Shown piece by piece: positions 40,936 through 50,842 of a stretch of DNA of 64,000 nucleotides. Positions within the stretch are counted from its first letter, which is position 1; each line of letters opens with the position of its first letter. This stretch comes from an uncultured Verrucomicrobiae bacterium (GTDB lineage Bacteria > Verrucomicrobiota > Verrucomicrobiia > Chthoniobacterales > JAATET01): positions 142,128-206,127 of the forward strand of contig CAVVKW010000001.1 in NCBI GenBank assembly GCA_963749035.1. Reading direction: 5' to 3'. The translations under genes were made by a program, and so were the position numbers. The notes beneath the pieces were generated by a model. The model made no database searches and was not told the DNA's origin. It saw nothing but the letters and a program-made list of their open reading frames with translations.

Positions 40936-41955
40936 GTGAAGATCCACCTTAACACCCTCTTCGTCACCCGCGAAGACACCTATCTCGCCAAGGACGGAGC
41001 CGCCGTCGACGTCCGGAAAGACGGCAAATCCCTCCTCCGCGTTCCGCTACATAACCTCGATGGCATCGTCGCCCTCGGCTACGACATCGGAGCCAGCGCG
41101 CACCTCATGGCCGCCTGCGCCGAAGCCGGTGTCACGCTCTCCTTCTGCACACCCAACGGCCGCTTCCTCGCCGCCGTCCGCGGATTCACCCCCGGCAATG
41201 TTCTCCTCCGCCGCACGCAATACCGCATTTCCGACGACCTTAACGCCTCCCTCCACATCGCCCGCCCCATGATCGCCGCCAAGCTCGCGAACACGCGCAC
41301 CGTCCTCCAGCGAGCCACCCGCGACCACGGATCAACTCCCGAGATCGACGCCGCCGCCGCCTGGCTCGCTCGCAGCGCACAGAAAGCTCACCGCACCAAC
41401 GACCTCGACGCCCTTCGAGGAGTGGAAGGCGACGCCGCCGGGGCCTACTTCGAAGTCTTCGCAAAATTGATCAAGGCCGACGGATTTGCCTTCCCCGGCC
41501 GCATCCGCCGCCCACCCACCGATCCCGTCAACGCGCTCTTATCCTTTCTCTACAGTCTGCTCGCGCACGATTGCCGCTCCGCGCTCGAATCCGTCGGCCT
41601 CGACGCCGCCGTCGGCTTCCTGCACCGCGACCGCCCCGGTCGCCCCTCGCTGGCACTCGACCTAATGGAGGAATTTCGACCCGTCCTCGCCGACCGCGCT
41701 GTCCTGACCTTGCTCAACCGACGGCAATTGAACGGAAAAGATTTCCGCACCGGAGAACTGGGCGCAGTCGAACTCACCGACGACGCCCGCAAGTCCGTCC
41801 TTACGACCTGGCAGGAGCGAAAGCGCGACGAAATCACCCATCCATTTCTGGACGAAAAGACGACCATCGGACTCCTACCATTTCTACAGGCCCGCCTCTT
41901 GGCGCGGCACCTCCGCGGTGACCTCGACGCCTATCCCGCCTTTCTTTGGAAATAG
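40936..41955 (+). CDS. cas1: Cas1 integrase, type I-C (GTG start)
   Basis: [24 protein letters not shown]... [12 protein letters not shown]... typical Cas1. Confidence 0.94.
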   Translation: MKIHLNTLFVTREDTYLAKDGAAVDVRKDGKSLLRVPLHNLDGIVALGYDIGASAHLMAACAEAGVTLSFCTPNGRFLAAVRGFTPGNVLLRRTQYRISDDLNASLHIARPMIAAKLANTRTVLQRATRDHGSTPEIDAAAAWLARSAQKAHRTNDLDALRGVEGDAAGAYFEVFAKLIKADGFAFPGRIRRPPTDPVNALLSFLYSLLAHDCRSALESVGLDAAVGFLHRDRPGRPSLALDLMEEFRPVLADRAVLTLLNRRQLNGKDFRTGELGAVELTDDARKSVLTTWQERKRDEITHPFLDEKTTIGLLPFLQARLLARHLRGDLDAYPAFLWK

Positions 41956-41959
41956 CGCC

Positions 41960-42250
41960 ATGCAACTCCTCATTACCTACGACGTCGCCACCAGCACCGA
42001 AGGAGGAGCCCGCCGCCTGCGCCGCGTCGCCAAAGTCTGTCTCGACTACGGCCAACGCGTCCAAAACTCCGTCTTCGAATGCGCCGTCGATCCCGCCCAA
42101 CTCGTCGAAATGAAAACCCGCTTGCTGGACATCGCCGACCTCGATCACGATTCTCTCCGGTTCTACAACCTCGGAGCCGAGTGGGACCGCCGAGTCGAAC
42201 ACTTCGGCACAAAGCCCTCGATCAATCCCCGGGGACCACTCATCATCTGA
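41960..42250 (+). CDS. cas2: Cas2
   Basis: [41 protein letters not shown]. Start at the internal ATG 41960 of ORF 41918..42250. Confidence 0.93.
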   Translation: MQLLITYDVATSTEGGARRLRRVAKVCLDYGQRVQNSVFECAVDPAQLVEMKTRLLDIADLDHDSLRFYNLGAEWDRRVEHFGTKPSINPRGPLII

Positions 42251-42428
42251 ACCGCGAACCCAAAGCAGTCAGAAGTCACTTAAGGAGTTCGCGGGCAGCA
42301 GAAGCGACTGACTGCTAACGCTCTTTGAAAATGTGACCCCGAATCAGCTTTCTGAGGGAAGCATCATCGCGAGAGTTCGCGCAAAATCTTTCTCGGGCAA
42401 TTGATGCTGAACGCTTTAGTATCCAAGG
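42251..42428 (+). promoter_or_regulatory. CRISPR leader
   Basis: 178-bp AT-richer non-coding stretch between cas2 and the first repeat. The degenerate terminal repeat is at the distal end, so the array reads on the plus strand. Confidence 0.7.
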
Positions 42429-45400
42429 GTCGCCCCCTCACACGGGGGCGCGGATTGAAACATTTCTCGAAAAACCTCCGAATCCACGGCCAGACCGTCG
42501 CCCCCTCACACGGGGGCGCGGATTGAAACAAATAGCTGAATCTCCAAGGGGCGGCTCAAGAGGTCGCCCCCTCACACGGGGGCGCGGATTGAAACTGAGC
42601 TATATCCGTCTTGAGGTGATACTGCGTCTGTCGCCCCCTCACACGGGGGCGCGGATTGAAACAGCAGCCCAGCGAGTTCTGTTTGCAGAGCTAGGATGTC
42701 GCCCCCTCACACGGGGGCGCGGATTGAAACGCTCAGCGACGTCCGCAGTTCCACGCTCGCCACGGTCGCCCCCTCACACGGGGGCGCGGATTGAAACGAC
42801 TTCTTCGCGAGCTGTTCAGCGTTCCGATTCTGGTCACCCCCTCACACGGGGGCGCGGATTGAAACGTGGGGCTGGAGCGGCTGGCGCTGGACAAGCGGAG
42901 GTCGCCCCCTCACACGGGGGCGCGGATTGAAACTGATCGGTTGTTTTCATGATTTCGTTTCAGTTGGCGTCGCCCCCTCACACGGGGGCGCGGATTGAAA
43001 CACCACTGGCGGCTTCTCGCAGTGCCTGGGGATCAGTCGCCCCCTCACACGGGGGCGCGGATTGAAACCCGCTGTGATGTCCCGCAAAACCGGCTCCGAT
43101 CGGTCGCCCCCTCACACGGGGGCGCGGATTGAAACACTTATTGCTATCCGGAAACGACATATTGATTGTGTCGCCCCCTCACACGGGGGCGCGGATTGAA
43201 ACAGCGGCATCTCCGCCGCCAGCTGCACCGAGCCTTGTCGCCCCCTCACACGGGGGCGCGGATTGAAACACCGCCGCCACCCCCGGCGTCAGATTCGGCC
43301 CCTGTCGCCCCCTCACACGGGGGCGCGGATTGAAACAGCGTCTGATCGACCGGGCGACCGTTCGCGCCCTCGTCGCCCCCTCACACGGGGGCGCGGATTG
43401 AAACGTGCGGACCGTGCGGTTCCTCCCAAGGCAGGGGCGGTCGCCCCCTCACACGGGGGCGCGGATTGAAACTTGAGCTACGAGCTGATCGACTCGTGCA
43501 AATACGTCGCCCCCTCACACGGGGGCGCGGATTGAAACGATCCGGATCCCGGACCGGCAGGAGATCGCGGCGGGTCGCCCCCTCACACGGGGGCGCGGAT
43601 TGAAACCAAGCGCGATCGCGGTTCCCTCGACGTCGCCTAGTCGCCCCCTCACACGGGGGCGCGGATTGAAACCGCCCCCGCCGACCTCGGCGACACCGCC
43701 GGGTCAGTCGCCCCCTCACACGGGGGCGCGGATTGAAACAGGCGAAGATCGGCAAAGCGGCGACCGCTGAAGAGTCGCCCCCTCACACGGGGGCGCGGAT
43801 TGAAACGCCCGCCTCCGGGAAGAAAACTCCGGCTCAGAATGTCGCCCCCTCACACGGGGGCGCGGATTGAAACAGCTCCGCCAGAGACTGCGCCCGCTCC
43901 GCTTGGGCGTCGCCCCCTCACACGGGGGCGCGGATTGAAACATCCTGGTAAGACCAATATCCCGCCGCCCGTGGATGTCGCCCCCTCACACGGGGGCGCG
44001 GATTGAAACTGGCTGCTGGGTGACGACGCGTTGACGCGGCGACGGTCGCCCCCTCACACGGGGGCGCGGATTGAAACTTCGTCCTCATCCATATCGATGA
44101 TTATCCACCAGCTGTCGCCCCCTCACACGGGGGCGCGGATTGAAACACCTCCAGCCGCACCGAGTTCGCAGCCTTCACCGGTCGCCCCCTCACACGGGGG
44201 CGCGGATTGAAACGGGTCGCGACCACGGTAGGACAGACGGCGTCGCTGTCGCCCCCTCACACGGGGGCGCGGATTGAAACAGTGACTCAATGGCGGGCGT
44301 CAACTATCTGCTCAAGTCGCCCCCTCACACGGGGGCGCGGATTGAAACATGTTGCCCTGCTGGACGGGGGGCGGCATCGTTCAGGTCGCCCCCTCACACG
44401 GGGGCGCGGATTGAAACGACAGGCGCGTGCCGGAAGGATTCTGGGCGTGGGGGTCGCCCCCTCACACGGGGGCGCGGATTGAAACACTGGTGACAATGCC
44501 GATAAGGATGAGGCGCTCGGTCGCCCCCTCACACGGGGGCGCGGATTGAAACCATTATCGAAGAGCCCTCTGGTTATCGACCGAGCGTCGCCCCCTCACA
44601 CGGGGGCGCGGATTGAAACGGATTTTTCGCTGGGGGATGGCGAGGCGGTTCGCCGTCGCCCCCTCACACGGGGGCGCGGATTGAAACTTCGCCGCCACCT
44701 TCCGATCACCCGTCCCCAGAGGTCGCCCCCTCACACGGGGGCGCGGATTGAAACCGGGCCTGACCGGCGCGATCACGACAACTCGCCGGTCGCCCCCTCA
44801 CACGGGGGCGCGGATTGAAACCCCCTCCGGCGACTGCGTCACCATCAGCCCCGGATGTCGCCCCCTCACACGGGGGCGCGGATTGAAACACCGCCTTGTT
44901 CGGCGAGCGCGCATCTTATGTGGTCGCCCCCTCACACGGGGGCGCGGATTGAAACCGTTTTGGAGAGTCAGTCGCACTTCCTTGAGCGTCGTCGCCCCCT
45001 CACACGGGGGCGCGGATTGAAACAAAGTCGTCCCCGCAGCATTTTCGCAGCTATCCGGTCGCCCCCTCACACGGGGGCGCGGATTGAAACTTCGCACTCT
45101 TAGCATCCCAAATGTTATTTAATTTGCCCCCTCACACGGGGGCGCGGATTGAAACCTCGCCGGCTGGGTGATCGCGGCCGTCCCGCTGCTGTCGCCCCCT
45201 CACACGGGGGCGCGGATTGAAACGCCGTCTTCACGCTCAAGATGCTCTGCCGCCATGTCGCCCCCTCACACGGGGGCGCGGATTGAAACATACATCGCAC
45301 CATTCTTCCGGATCTTCGTCCCGTCGCCCCCTCACACGGGGGCGCGGATTGAAACAGGTAATCGACTTCCTAAGATTCGTCGGGAGGAGGTCGCCCCCTC

Positions 45401-46090
45401 ACACGGGGGCGCGGATTGAAACCATGGAATCAACTTGGCAACATCATCCTCCGTAATGTCGCCCCCTCACACGGGGGCGCGGATTGAAACAGGTTCCCCC
45501 ATTTGTTTCAGTAAAAGATTCCGGTCGCCCCCTCACACGGGGGCGCGGATTGAAACCTCGTCGGTCATGGTCGGCGGGAATACAGCGAGGGTCGCCCCCT
45601 CACACGGGGGCGCGGATTGAAACAAACCTCAGTTCGCTCCGCTCGTGGAATCAGGTGTCGCCCCCTCACACGGGGGCGCGGATTGAAACCCCTTTGGTTT
45701 CGGTGCCGGTTTCGGAGTGGTCTGTCGCCCCCTCACACGGGGGCGCGGATTGAAACGTCGCGAGGATCTGATTCCCGATTTGATCCAGCGTCGCCCCCTC
45801 ACACGGGGGCGCGGATTGAAACAACTGAATCGACGTGATCTGGGCTCCGGACCACGGTCGCCCCCTCACACGGGGGCGCGGATTGAAACGCATTTTATGC
45901 GATTTATTTTCGGGCGTCGAAACGGTCGCCCCCTCACACGGGGGCGCGGATTGAAACTCACGCCCGCGCATCGCCCACGTGAACGCGTTAAGTCGCCCCC
46001 TCACACGGGGGCGCGGATTGAAACCATTGCTCGACGCATTCCCGATCGACTGCCCATGTCGCCCCCTCACACGGGGGCGCGGATTAAGAT
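42429..46090 (+). CRISPR. CRISPR array, 55 repeats / 54 spacers, type I-C repeat
   Basis: The 33-nt repeat GTCGCCCCCTCACACGGGGGCGCGGATTGAAAC was counted by hand at every unit. Spacers are 32-36 nt. Variant repeats: 42833 (G4A), 45123 (5-prime GTC->TTT), and terminal 46058 (..GGATTAAGAT). Confidence 0.99.
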
Positions 46091-46168
46091 GTCGTCGATC
46101 TAGCGATGAAGGCCGCCAACATTGATTCAAACTCTAGAAAGTCGGTAAACGACCCATCCTCGCCTCAG

Positions 46169-46225
46169 AAAAATCCGCGTCCCTCGGCTTAATCTGCGGA
46201 CAAAACTCAGGTAACGAAATCGCCA
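46169..46225. repeat. Right 57-bp direct repeat bracketing the CRISPR-Cas locus
   Basis: aaaaatcCgcgtccctcggcttaatctgcggacaaaactcaggtaacgaAatcgcca; 55/57 identical to 32827-32883. Confidence 0.95.
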
Positions 46226-46273
46226 CATTGGCGGCATTGCCACCGTGTAATCATTGCGTTTGGCTCCCGGCCA

Positions 46274-47740
46274 ATGAGCGAATCGCCATCCGCGGATCAC
46301 CGGCGCACGGTCCAGGAATACATCGACGAGACCCCCGTCTGGTCTGACGGGACCGCCGCGCCGGAGGCCCCGTTGACCTCGATGCAGTGGCGCATCTGGA
46401 GCCTCGCTTGCGCCGGGAAGTTTTTCGAAGGACTCGTCGTTTTCATGACCGGTGTCGCGCTCCCGCTGATCTCGCTCGAGTTCGACCTCGACCCCGGAGC
46501 CAAAGGGATCGTCGGGGCTGCCTCCCTCGCCGGGATCCTCGTCGGGGCCTCCGCCCTTGGCGGACTCGCCGACCGCTTCGGACGCCGCGCAATGTTCATC
46601 GTCGAGATGGCCATTTTCGTCGCCTTCCTCACCCTCACCGCGCTCAGTCCGAACTTCACGGTCCTCGTCATTTGCCTCTTCGGGATGGGCATCGCGCTCG
46701 GGTGCGATTATCCCACCGCCCACGTCGTCATTTCTGAGAGTATCCCGAGCAGCTTTCGGGGCCGACTCGTCCTCGCGGCATTTGGGTTTCAGGCCGTAGG
46801 AGCCCTCGCCGGGACCATCATTGGATTTCTGATTCTACGGTCGAGCGAATCCATTGACGACTGGCGGATGATGTATGCCACCGCCATCATCCCAGCGCTG
46901 CTCGTCCTGGGCGGTCGATTTTTCATCACCCAGAGCGGCTCGTGGCTCGTTTCCCGTGGTCGGATCGAGGAAGCCGAGCAAGAGACCACCCGCCTCCTTG
47001 CCCGCAATCCTCGATACCCGAAAAGAGTCGAACTCCGCGATCCTCACGCTCATCTGGCAGCCGCCGATCGCAAGCCAAGCTACGGGAAGCTTTTTAAAAA
47101 GAAGCACCGGCGCGCCACGATCCTCGCGTCAGTCCCTTGGTTCCTCCAGGACCTCGGCACCTACGGCATCGGCATCTTTACGCCCACGATCCTCGCTGCA
47201 ACCATCGGCGCGAAAAACCCCCACGAACACAGCCTTGCCGAAGTGATCCACAACGACATGCTCGCCGCCGAAGGGGCTGCCCTCATCGACATTCTTCTCA
47301 TCGTTGGTATCGTTGCCGCGGTTCTCCTAACTGACAAACTCGGCCGCATCCGCCTCCAGATCGGCGGGTTTATCGGCTGCGCCATTGGCCTCGCCATTGC
47401 GGCACTCTCCGTCCACTTCACCGGCGTCCTCGCAACCGTCCTGATCTTCATCGGCTTCATGCTCTTCAATTTCATGACCAACCTCGGCCCCAACGCGATG
47501 ACCTATCTACTCGCGGGCGAGGTCTTCAGCACTCACAACCGCGGGACCGGCGCCGGTTTCGCCGCGTCGTTCGCCAAGATCGGCGCCGTCCTCACCGCAT
47601 TTCTCTTTCCAGTGCTGCTTCACAAAATCGGCACCGCCCCCCTGCTCTGGGGGCTCGTCGCCACCTCTCTTCTGGGTGCCTTCATCACCTGGCGGTTCCA
47701 AATCGAGACCCGCGGCGTCAATCTCGAGAAAATCGCCTGA
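46274..47740 (+). CDS. MFS transporter (sugar-porter-like)
   Basis: 12-TM pattern; motif GGLADRFGRRAMFIVE. Confidence 0.88.
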   Translation: MSESPSADHRRTVQEYIDETPVWSDGTAAPEAPLTSMQWRIWSLACAGKFFEGLVVFMTGVALPLISLEFDLDPGAKGIVGAASLAGILVGASALGGLADRFGRRAMFIVEMAIFVAFLTLTALSPNFTVLVICLFGMGIALGCDYPTAHVVISESIPSSFRGRLVLAAFGFQAVGALAGTIIGFLILRSSESIDDWRMMYATAIIPALLVLGGRFFITQSGSWLVSRGRIEEAEQETTRLLARNPRYPKRVELRDPHAHLAAADRKPSYGKLFKKKHRRATILASVPWFLQDLGTYGIGIFTPTILAATIGAKNPHEHSLAEVIHNDMLAAEGAALIDILLIVGIVAAVLLTDKLGRIRLQIGGFIGCAIGLAIAALSVHFTGVLATVLIFIGFMLFNFMTNLGPNAMTYLLAGEVFSTHNRGTGAGFAASFAKIGAVLTAFLFPVLLHKIGTAPLLWGLVATSLLGAFITWRFQIETRGVNLEKIA

Positions 47741-47813
47741 GCGGACGCAGCAGGTCCGGGTGATTCCGCGATTTCAGAACTCCTAACATCCCATCCGGCG
47801 CCTCATGAGACGA

Positions 47814-47867
47814 TCGCCCATGTCGCCCATGTCGCCCAGGTCGCCCGGGTCGCCCGGGTCGCCGGAG
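47814..47867. repeat. Six tandem 9-bp units TCGCCCATG -> TCGCCCGGG
   Basis: tcgcccatg x2, tcgcccagg, tcgcccggg x2, tcgccggag, lying between convergent genes. Confidence 0.9.
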
Positions 47868-47891
47868 GGGTTCGCGGAACCGGCGGGAACG

Positions 47892-48167
47892 TTACAACGT
47901 CCCCGTAGCCACGGCAGACCCGAAGAACGAAGAAACCCCGCCCATCAGAAGCGCGATCACGATTCCACCGACCCATAGCACCACCGAGACGATCCCGAGA
48001 ATCCGCCCGACGTTCGTCATATCCTTGCCGGCCGGATCCATTGTCCCAGCTGCCATCTCCTTCAGATCGTTACCACCCATCACCCATGCTGCAATGCCTA
48101 CTGGCATACAGATGATGAGGCCGAGGATACCAAGAATCAGGATGAGGGTGCCGCGATGTGGTTTCAT
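47892..48167 (-). CDS. Small integral membrane protein (DUF4190-like)
   Basis: Two hydrophobic helices: LILILGILGLIICMPVGIAAWV and ILGIVSVVLWVGGIVIALLMG. Confidence 0.6.
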   Translation of the reverse strand: MKPHRGTLILILGILGLIICMPVGIAAWVMGGNDLKEMAAGTMDPAGKDMTNVGRILGIVSVVLWVGGIVIALLMGGVSSFFGSAVATGTL

Positions 48168-48330
48168 CCAGCTATCGTGTAAAACGCCACCGGTTTGGAG
48201 GCAAAATAAAAGCTCCTCTCCCTGCCAACGACCCTCTTGCTGACGATCCTCGCAAAAATCCCCACCGCCCCGCTCGCGTGCATTTCGCGTTTCTCATTTC
48301 CTCGCGCCCCGCCTATTTTCCGAGCCGTCC

Positions 48331-49008
48331 ATGTCCATTCACCTCGCTTCAGCTTTTTCTTCGATCGGGGGGTTCTTCCTCGAAGGCGGCATCTTCATGC
48401 TGCTCCTCCTCATCCTTTCGGTCGTGGCACTCACCGTTATCGTCCAGCGAACAATGGCGCTCCGCGAAGCGCAGGTCATGCCCGATGAACTCGAAGACGA
48501 GGTCGAACGACTACAGCCCGGCGACGAACTCACCAAGCTCAGCCGCTTGATGATCAAGCATCGCTCCCCGCTTTCCCGCATCCTCCTCACGCTCATGCGG
48601 CACCTGTCGTGGTCGAAGAGTGAGAACGCCGAGGCCGTCCAGACCCAGGCGCGACACGAAACCGCCCGCATGGAGAGCGGCCTCGTCATCCTCGAGATCA
48701 CCACCGGCGTCGCCCCGATCTTCGGCCTTCTCGGCACCCTCTCAGGGCTCGTCGGAATCTTCGCCAACGTCGGCGACGGCGACCCGATCGTCATCGCCCG
48801 CGGGATCTCCGAGGCTCTGAACACCACCATCATGGGCCTCGCCGTCGCGGCCCCGAGTCTCATCGCCTACAATTACTTCATGCGAAAAATCGAGGTGATG
48901 TCCGTCGAGATGGAAAGCGTCGTCGCCGAACTCCTCGTCAAATGCTACCCGAACCCCGGAGAGCAACCTTCGATTCACGAAAACTTCGAGCCCGAGGTTC
49001 CCGAATGA
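48331..49008 (+). CDS. exbB: MotA/TolQ/ExbB proton-channel protein
   Basis: Three TM helices; signature GLLGTLSGLVGIF...ISEALNTTIMGLAVA. Confidence 0.88.
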   Translation: MSIHLASAFSSIGGFFLEGGIFMLLLLILSVVALTVIVQRTMALREAQVMPDELEDEVERLQPGDELTKLSRLMIKHRSPLSRILLTLMRHLSWSKSENAEAVQTQARHETARMESGLVILEITTGVAPIFGLLGTLSGLVGIFANVGDGDPIVIARGISEALNTTIMGLAVAAPSLIAYNYFMRKIEVMSVEMESVVAELLVKCYPNPGEQPSIHENFEPEVPE

Positions 49009-49457
49009 CTTTCTACACCCGCAAACGGCGAAGCCCAGCGGTCATCATCGTCTCGCTCATCGACATTCTCGCCATTCTGCTGATCTTTTTCATCGTCACT
49101 ACGACCTTCAAAAAGACGCAGCCGCAACTCGAGATCAACCTCCCCGATTCGAAAACCGCCGCTCCCGCAAGCGAGGCGGAAACCGACCCCCTCGTCCTCC
49201 GCGTCAAATCCGCCGAAGAAATCACCCTCGACGACGAACCGATCACGCTCGACGCCCTCGGCCCGGCGCTGAAATCCGCCCGCGAGTCCTCACCCGATCG
49301 CCCCGTCGCCATGCAGGCCGATCGCGAGGCGCCCTTCGGAGTCATCGTCTCCGTGCTCGACGCCCTCAAAGACGCCGGCATCAAGAACCTCCCCGCTTTC
49401 ACCAACCCGCTCCCCGCTGACAGCAATCCCCAATCCGCAATCCCCAATCCGCAATGA
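49005..49457 (+). CDS. exbD: ExbD/TolR biopolymer transport protein
   Basis: MTFYTRKRRSPAVIIVSLIDILAILLIFFIV...; ATGA overlap with exbB. The C-terminal tail is encoded by heptamer repeats. Confidence 0.85.
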   Translation: MTFYTRKRRSPAVIIVSLIDILAILLIFFIVTTTFKKTQPQLEINLPDSKTAAPASEAETDPLVLRVKSAEEITLDDEPITLDALGPALKSARESSPDRPVAMQADREAPFGVIVSVLDALKDAGIKNLPAFTNPLPADSNPQSAIPNPQ

Positions 49458-50008
49458 ATCTGCCCATCGTTCAATACGGTCACCCCGCGCTCCGCTCGAA
49501 AGGTAAACCCATCGACAAGATCGACGACCGCATCCGCAAGCTCGCCGACGACATGATCGATACCATGAACGACGCCGATGGGGTCGGGTTGGCCGCCCAG
49601 CAGGTGGGACTCGCTCTCCAAATTTGCGTCGTCGATGTCGCCGACGCGGGTGATCACGCGGGGACCATGCTCATCGACGGCCAACCCGCCGACCTCGACG
49701 ACTACATGCCCCTCGTGCTGATCAACCCCGAGGTCGAACCCTTCGGCGACACCGTCCCCGCCACTGAAGGGTGCCTAAGTTTCCCCGCGCTTCAGGGTCA
49801 GATCCCCCGTCCCGGCCAGGCCCGAGTCACCGCGAAAACTCTCGAGGACGAAACTCTCTCCTTCGAAGCCGACGGCTTGCTCGCCCGCGCCATTCAGCAC
49901 GAAAAGGATCACCTCGAAGGCGTTCTTTACATCGACCGCATGCTAGACGAAGACCGCCAGCAGCTCGCCCCCGACCTCGACAAGCTCATGCGTCAAAACG
50001 CGATGTAG
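49454..50008 (+). CDS. def: Peptide deformylase
   Basis: Motifs GVGLAAQQVG, EGCLSFP, QHEKDHLEG. Confidence 0.95.
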   Translation: MNLPIVQYGHPALRSKGKPIDKIDDRIRKLADDMIDTMNDADGVGLAAQQVGLALQICVVDVADAGDHAGTMLIDGQPADLDDYMPLVLINPEVEPFGDTVPATEGCLSFPALQGQIPRPGQARVTAKTLEDETLSFEADGLLARAIQHEKDHLEGVLYIDRMLDEDRQQLAPDLDKLMRQNAM

Positions 50009-50016
50009 CCGCGCCG

Positions 50017-50799
50017 CTACGGCATTCGCCCAGCCGCATCCACCCACTCCGCGTAGGTCATCGCCCCACGAGTCCGGCGCGCTCGCTCCACGCAATGCCG
50101 AACGTGTCCCCGAATCTCACGAAAATCCCAGTCCGGCGGATGCAGCCCGACCCGCACCAGCGGCGCCGATCCAGCTTCCAGCCGGAGCGATAACCCCTCG
50201 TTCCACACCAAGCTCGTCGCGCGGCGCCAACCCGCCCGCACGCTCCAGACCAGACTACGGGATTGGTAAATCCGTTCCGCCTCGAAGTCTTCGACGGTCC
50301 CGATCCTCGTGGTGTAGCGGAACCCCGCCGCCCGCACCGCTCGCTCCGCCTCCTCGCCCAGTAACCACGCCGGCGCGATGAACCCTTCCGGTCGCAACCC
50401 AACGGCCGCGAATTCCTCCCGGCCGCGCGCCAACGCTTCCGCCGCCTCTCCCTCGTCCAGATCGAGAAATTCACCCTCCCCCGCCGTGTAGCTTTCAGTG
50501 GTCATTCGTTTCACGAAGCCGTCACCGGCTTTGCGCTCCCGCCGGTGGAGATACCCGTGCGCGACCGCCTCGTGGCCATCTGCCACCCGTCTCCTCAGCC
50601 ATTCCCCAAATTCCGAATCCAAACTGATCCGCCCCCGCCCGTGGTGATCGGGGATCACCAACAACGAAGTCCGCGATACCCCCCACTCCGCGAGGTCGCG
50701 GAGCATCTCGTCGACCCGACGCCAGTTCTGCGTCGACACGTCGTGCACCGACACGACCAATCCGCGGCAATCACGGTCCATTTCGCCACCCCGATTCAC
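50017..50799 (-). CDS. DUF2334 (polysaccharide deacetylase-like) protein
   Basis: VVSVHDVS...LLVIPDHHG...HGYLH pattern recalled from DUF2334; not searched. Confidence 0.6.
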   Translation of the reverse strand: MNRGGEMDRDCRGLVVSVHDVSTQNWRRVDEMLRDLAEWGVSRTSLLVIPDHHGRGRISLDSEFGEWLRRRVADGHEAVAHGYLHRRERKAGDGFVKRMTTESYTAGEGEFLDLDEGEAAEALARGREEFAAVGLRPEGFIAPAWLLGEEAERAVRAAGFRYTTRIGTVEDFEAERIYQSRSLVWSVRAGWRRATSLVWNEGLSLRLEAGSAPLVRVGLHPPDWDFREIRGHVRHCVERARRTRGAMTYAEWVDAAGRMP

Positions 50800-50842
50800 G
50801 ACTGATCAATTCCTTGGCGCCGTTTGCATTCCCATCCCCACT

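Noticed and set aside
42523-46130. About 25 short ORFs across the CRISPR array, with recurring peptides SPPHTGARIET, RPLTRGRGLK and FQSAPPCEGAT.
   Set aside because: They are translations of the 33-nt repeat in different frames and strands. They are not genes.
47814-47867. The 9-bp tandem repeat contains GTCGCCC, as does the 5-prime end of the CRISPR repeat. I considered it as a possible orphan or degenerate array.
   Set aside because: The units are contiguous with no spacers, there is no hairpin or ATTGAAAC tail, and the period is 9 bp. It is a simple micro-satellite-like repeat.
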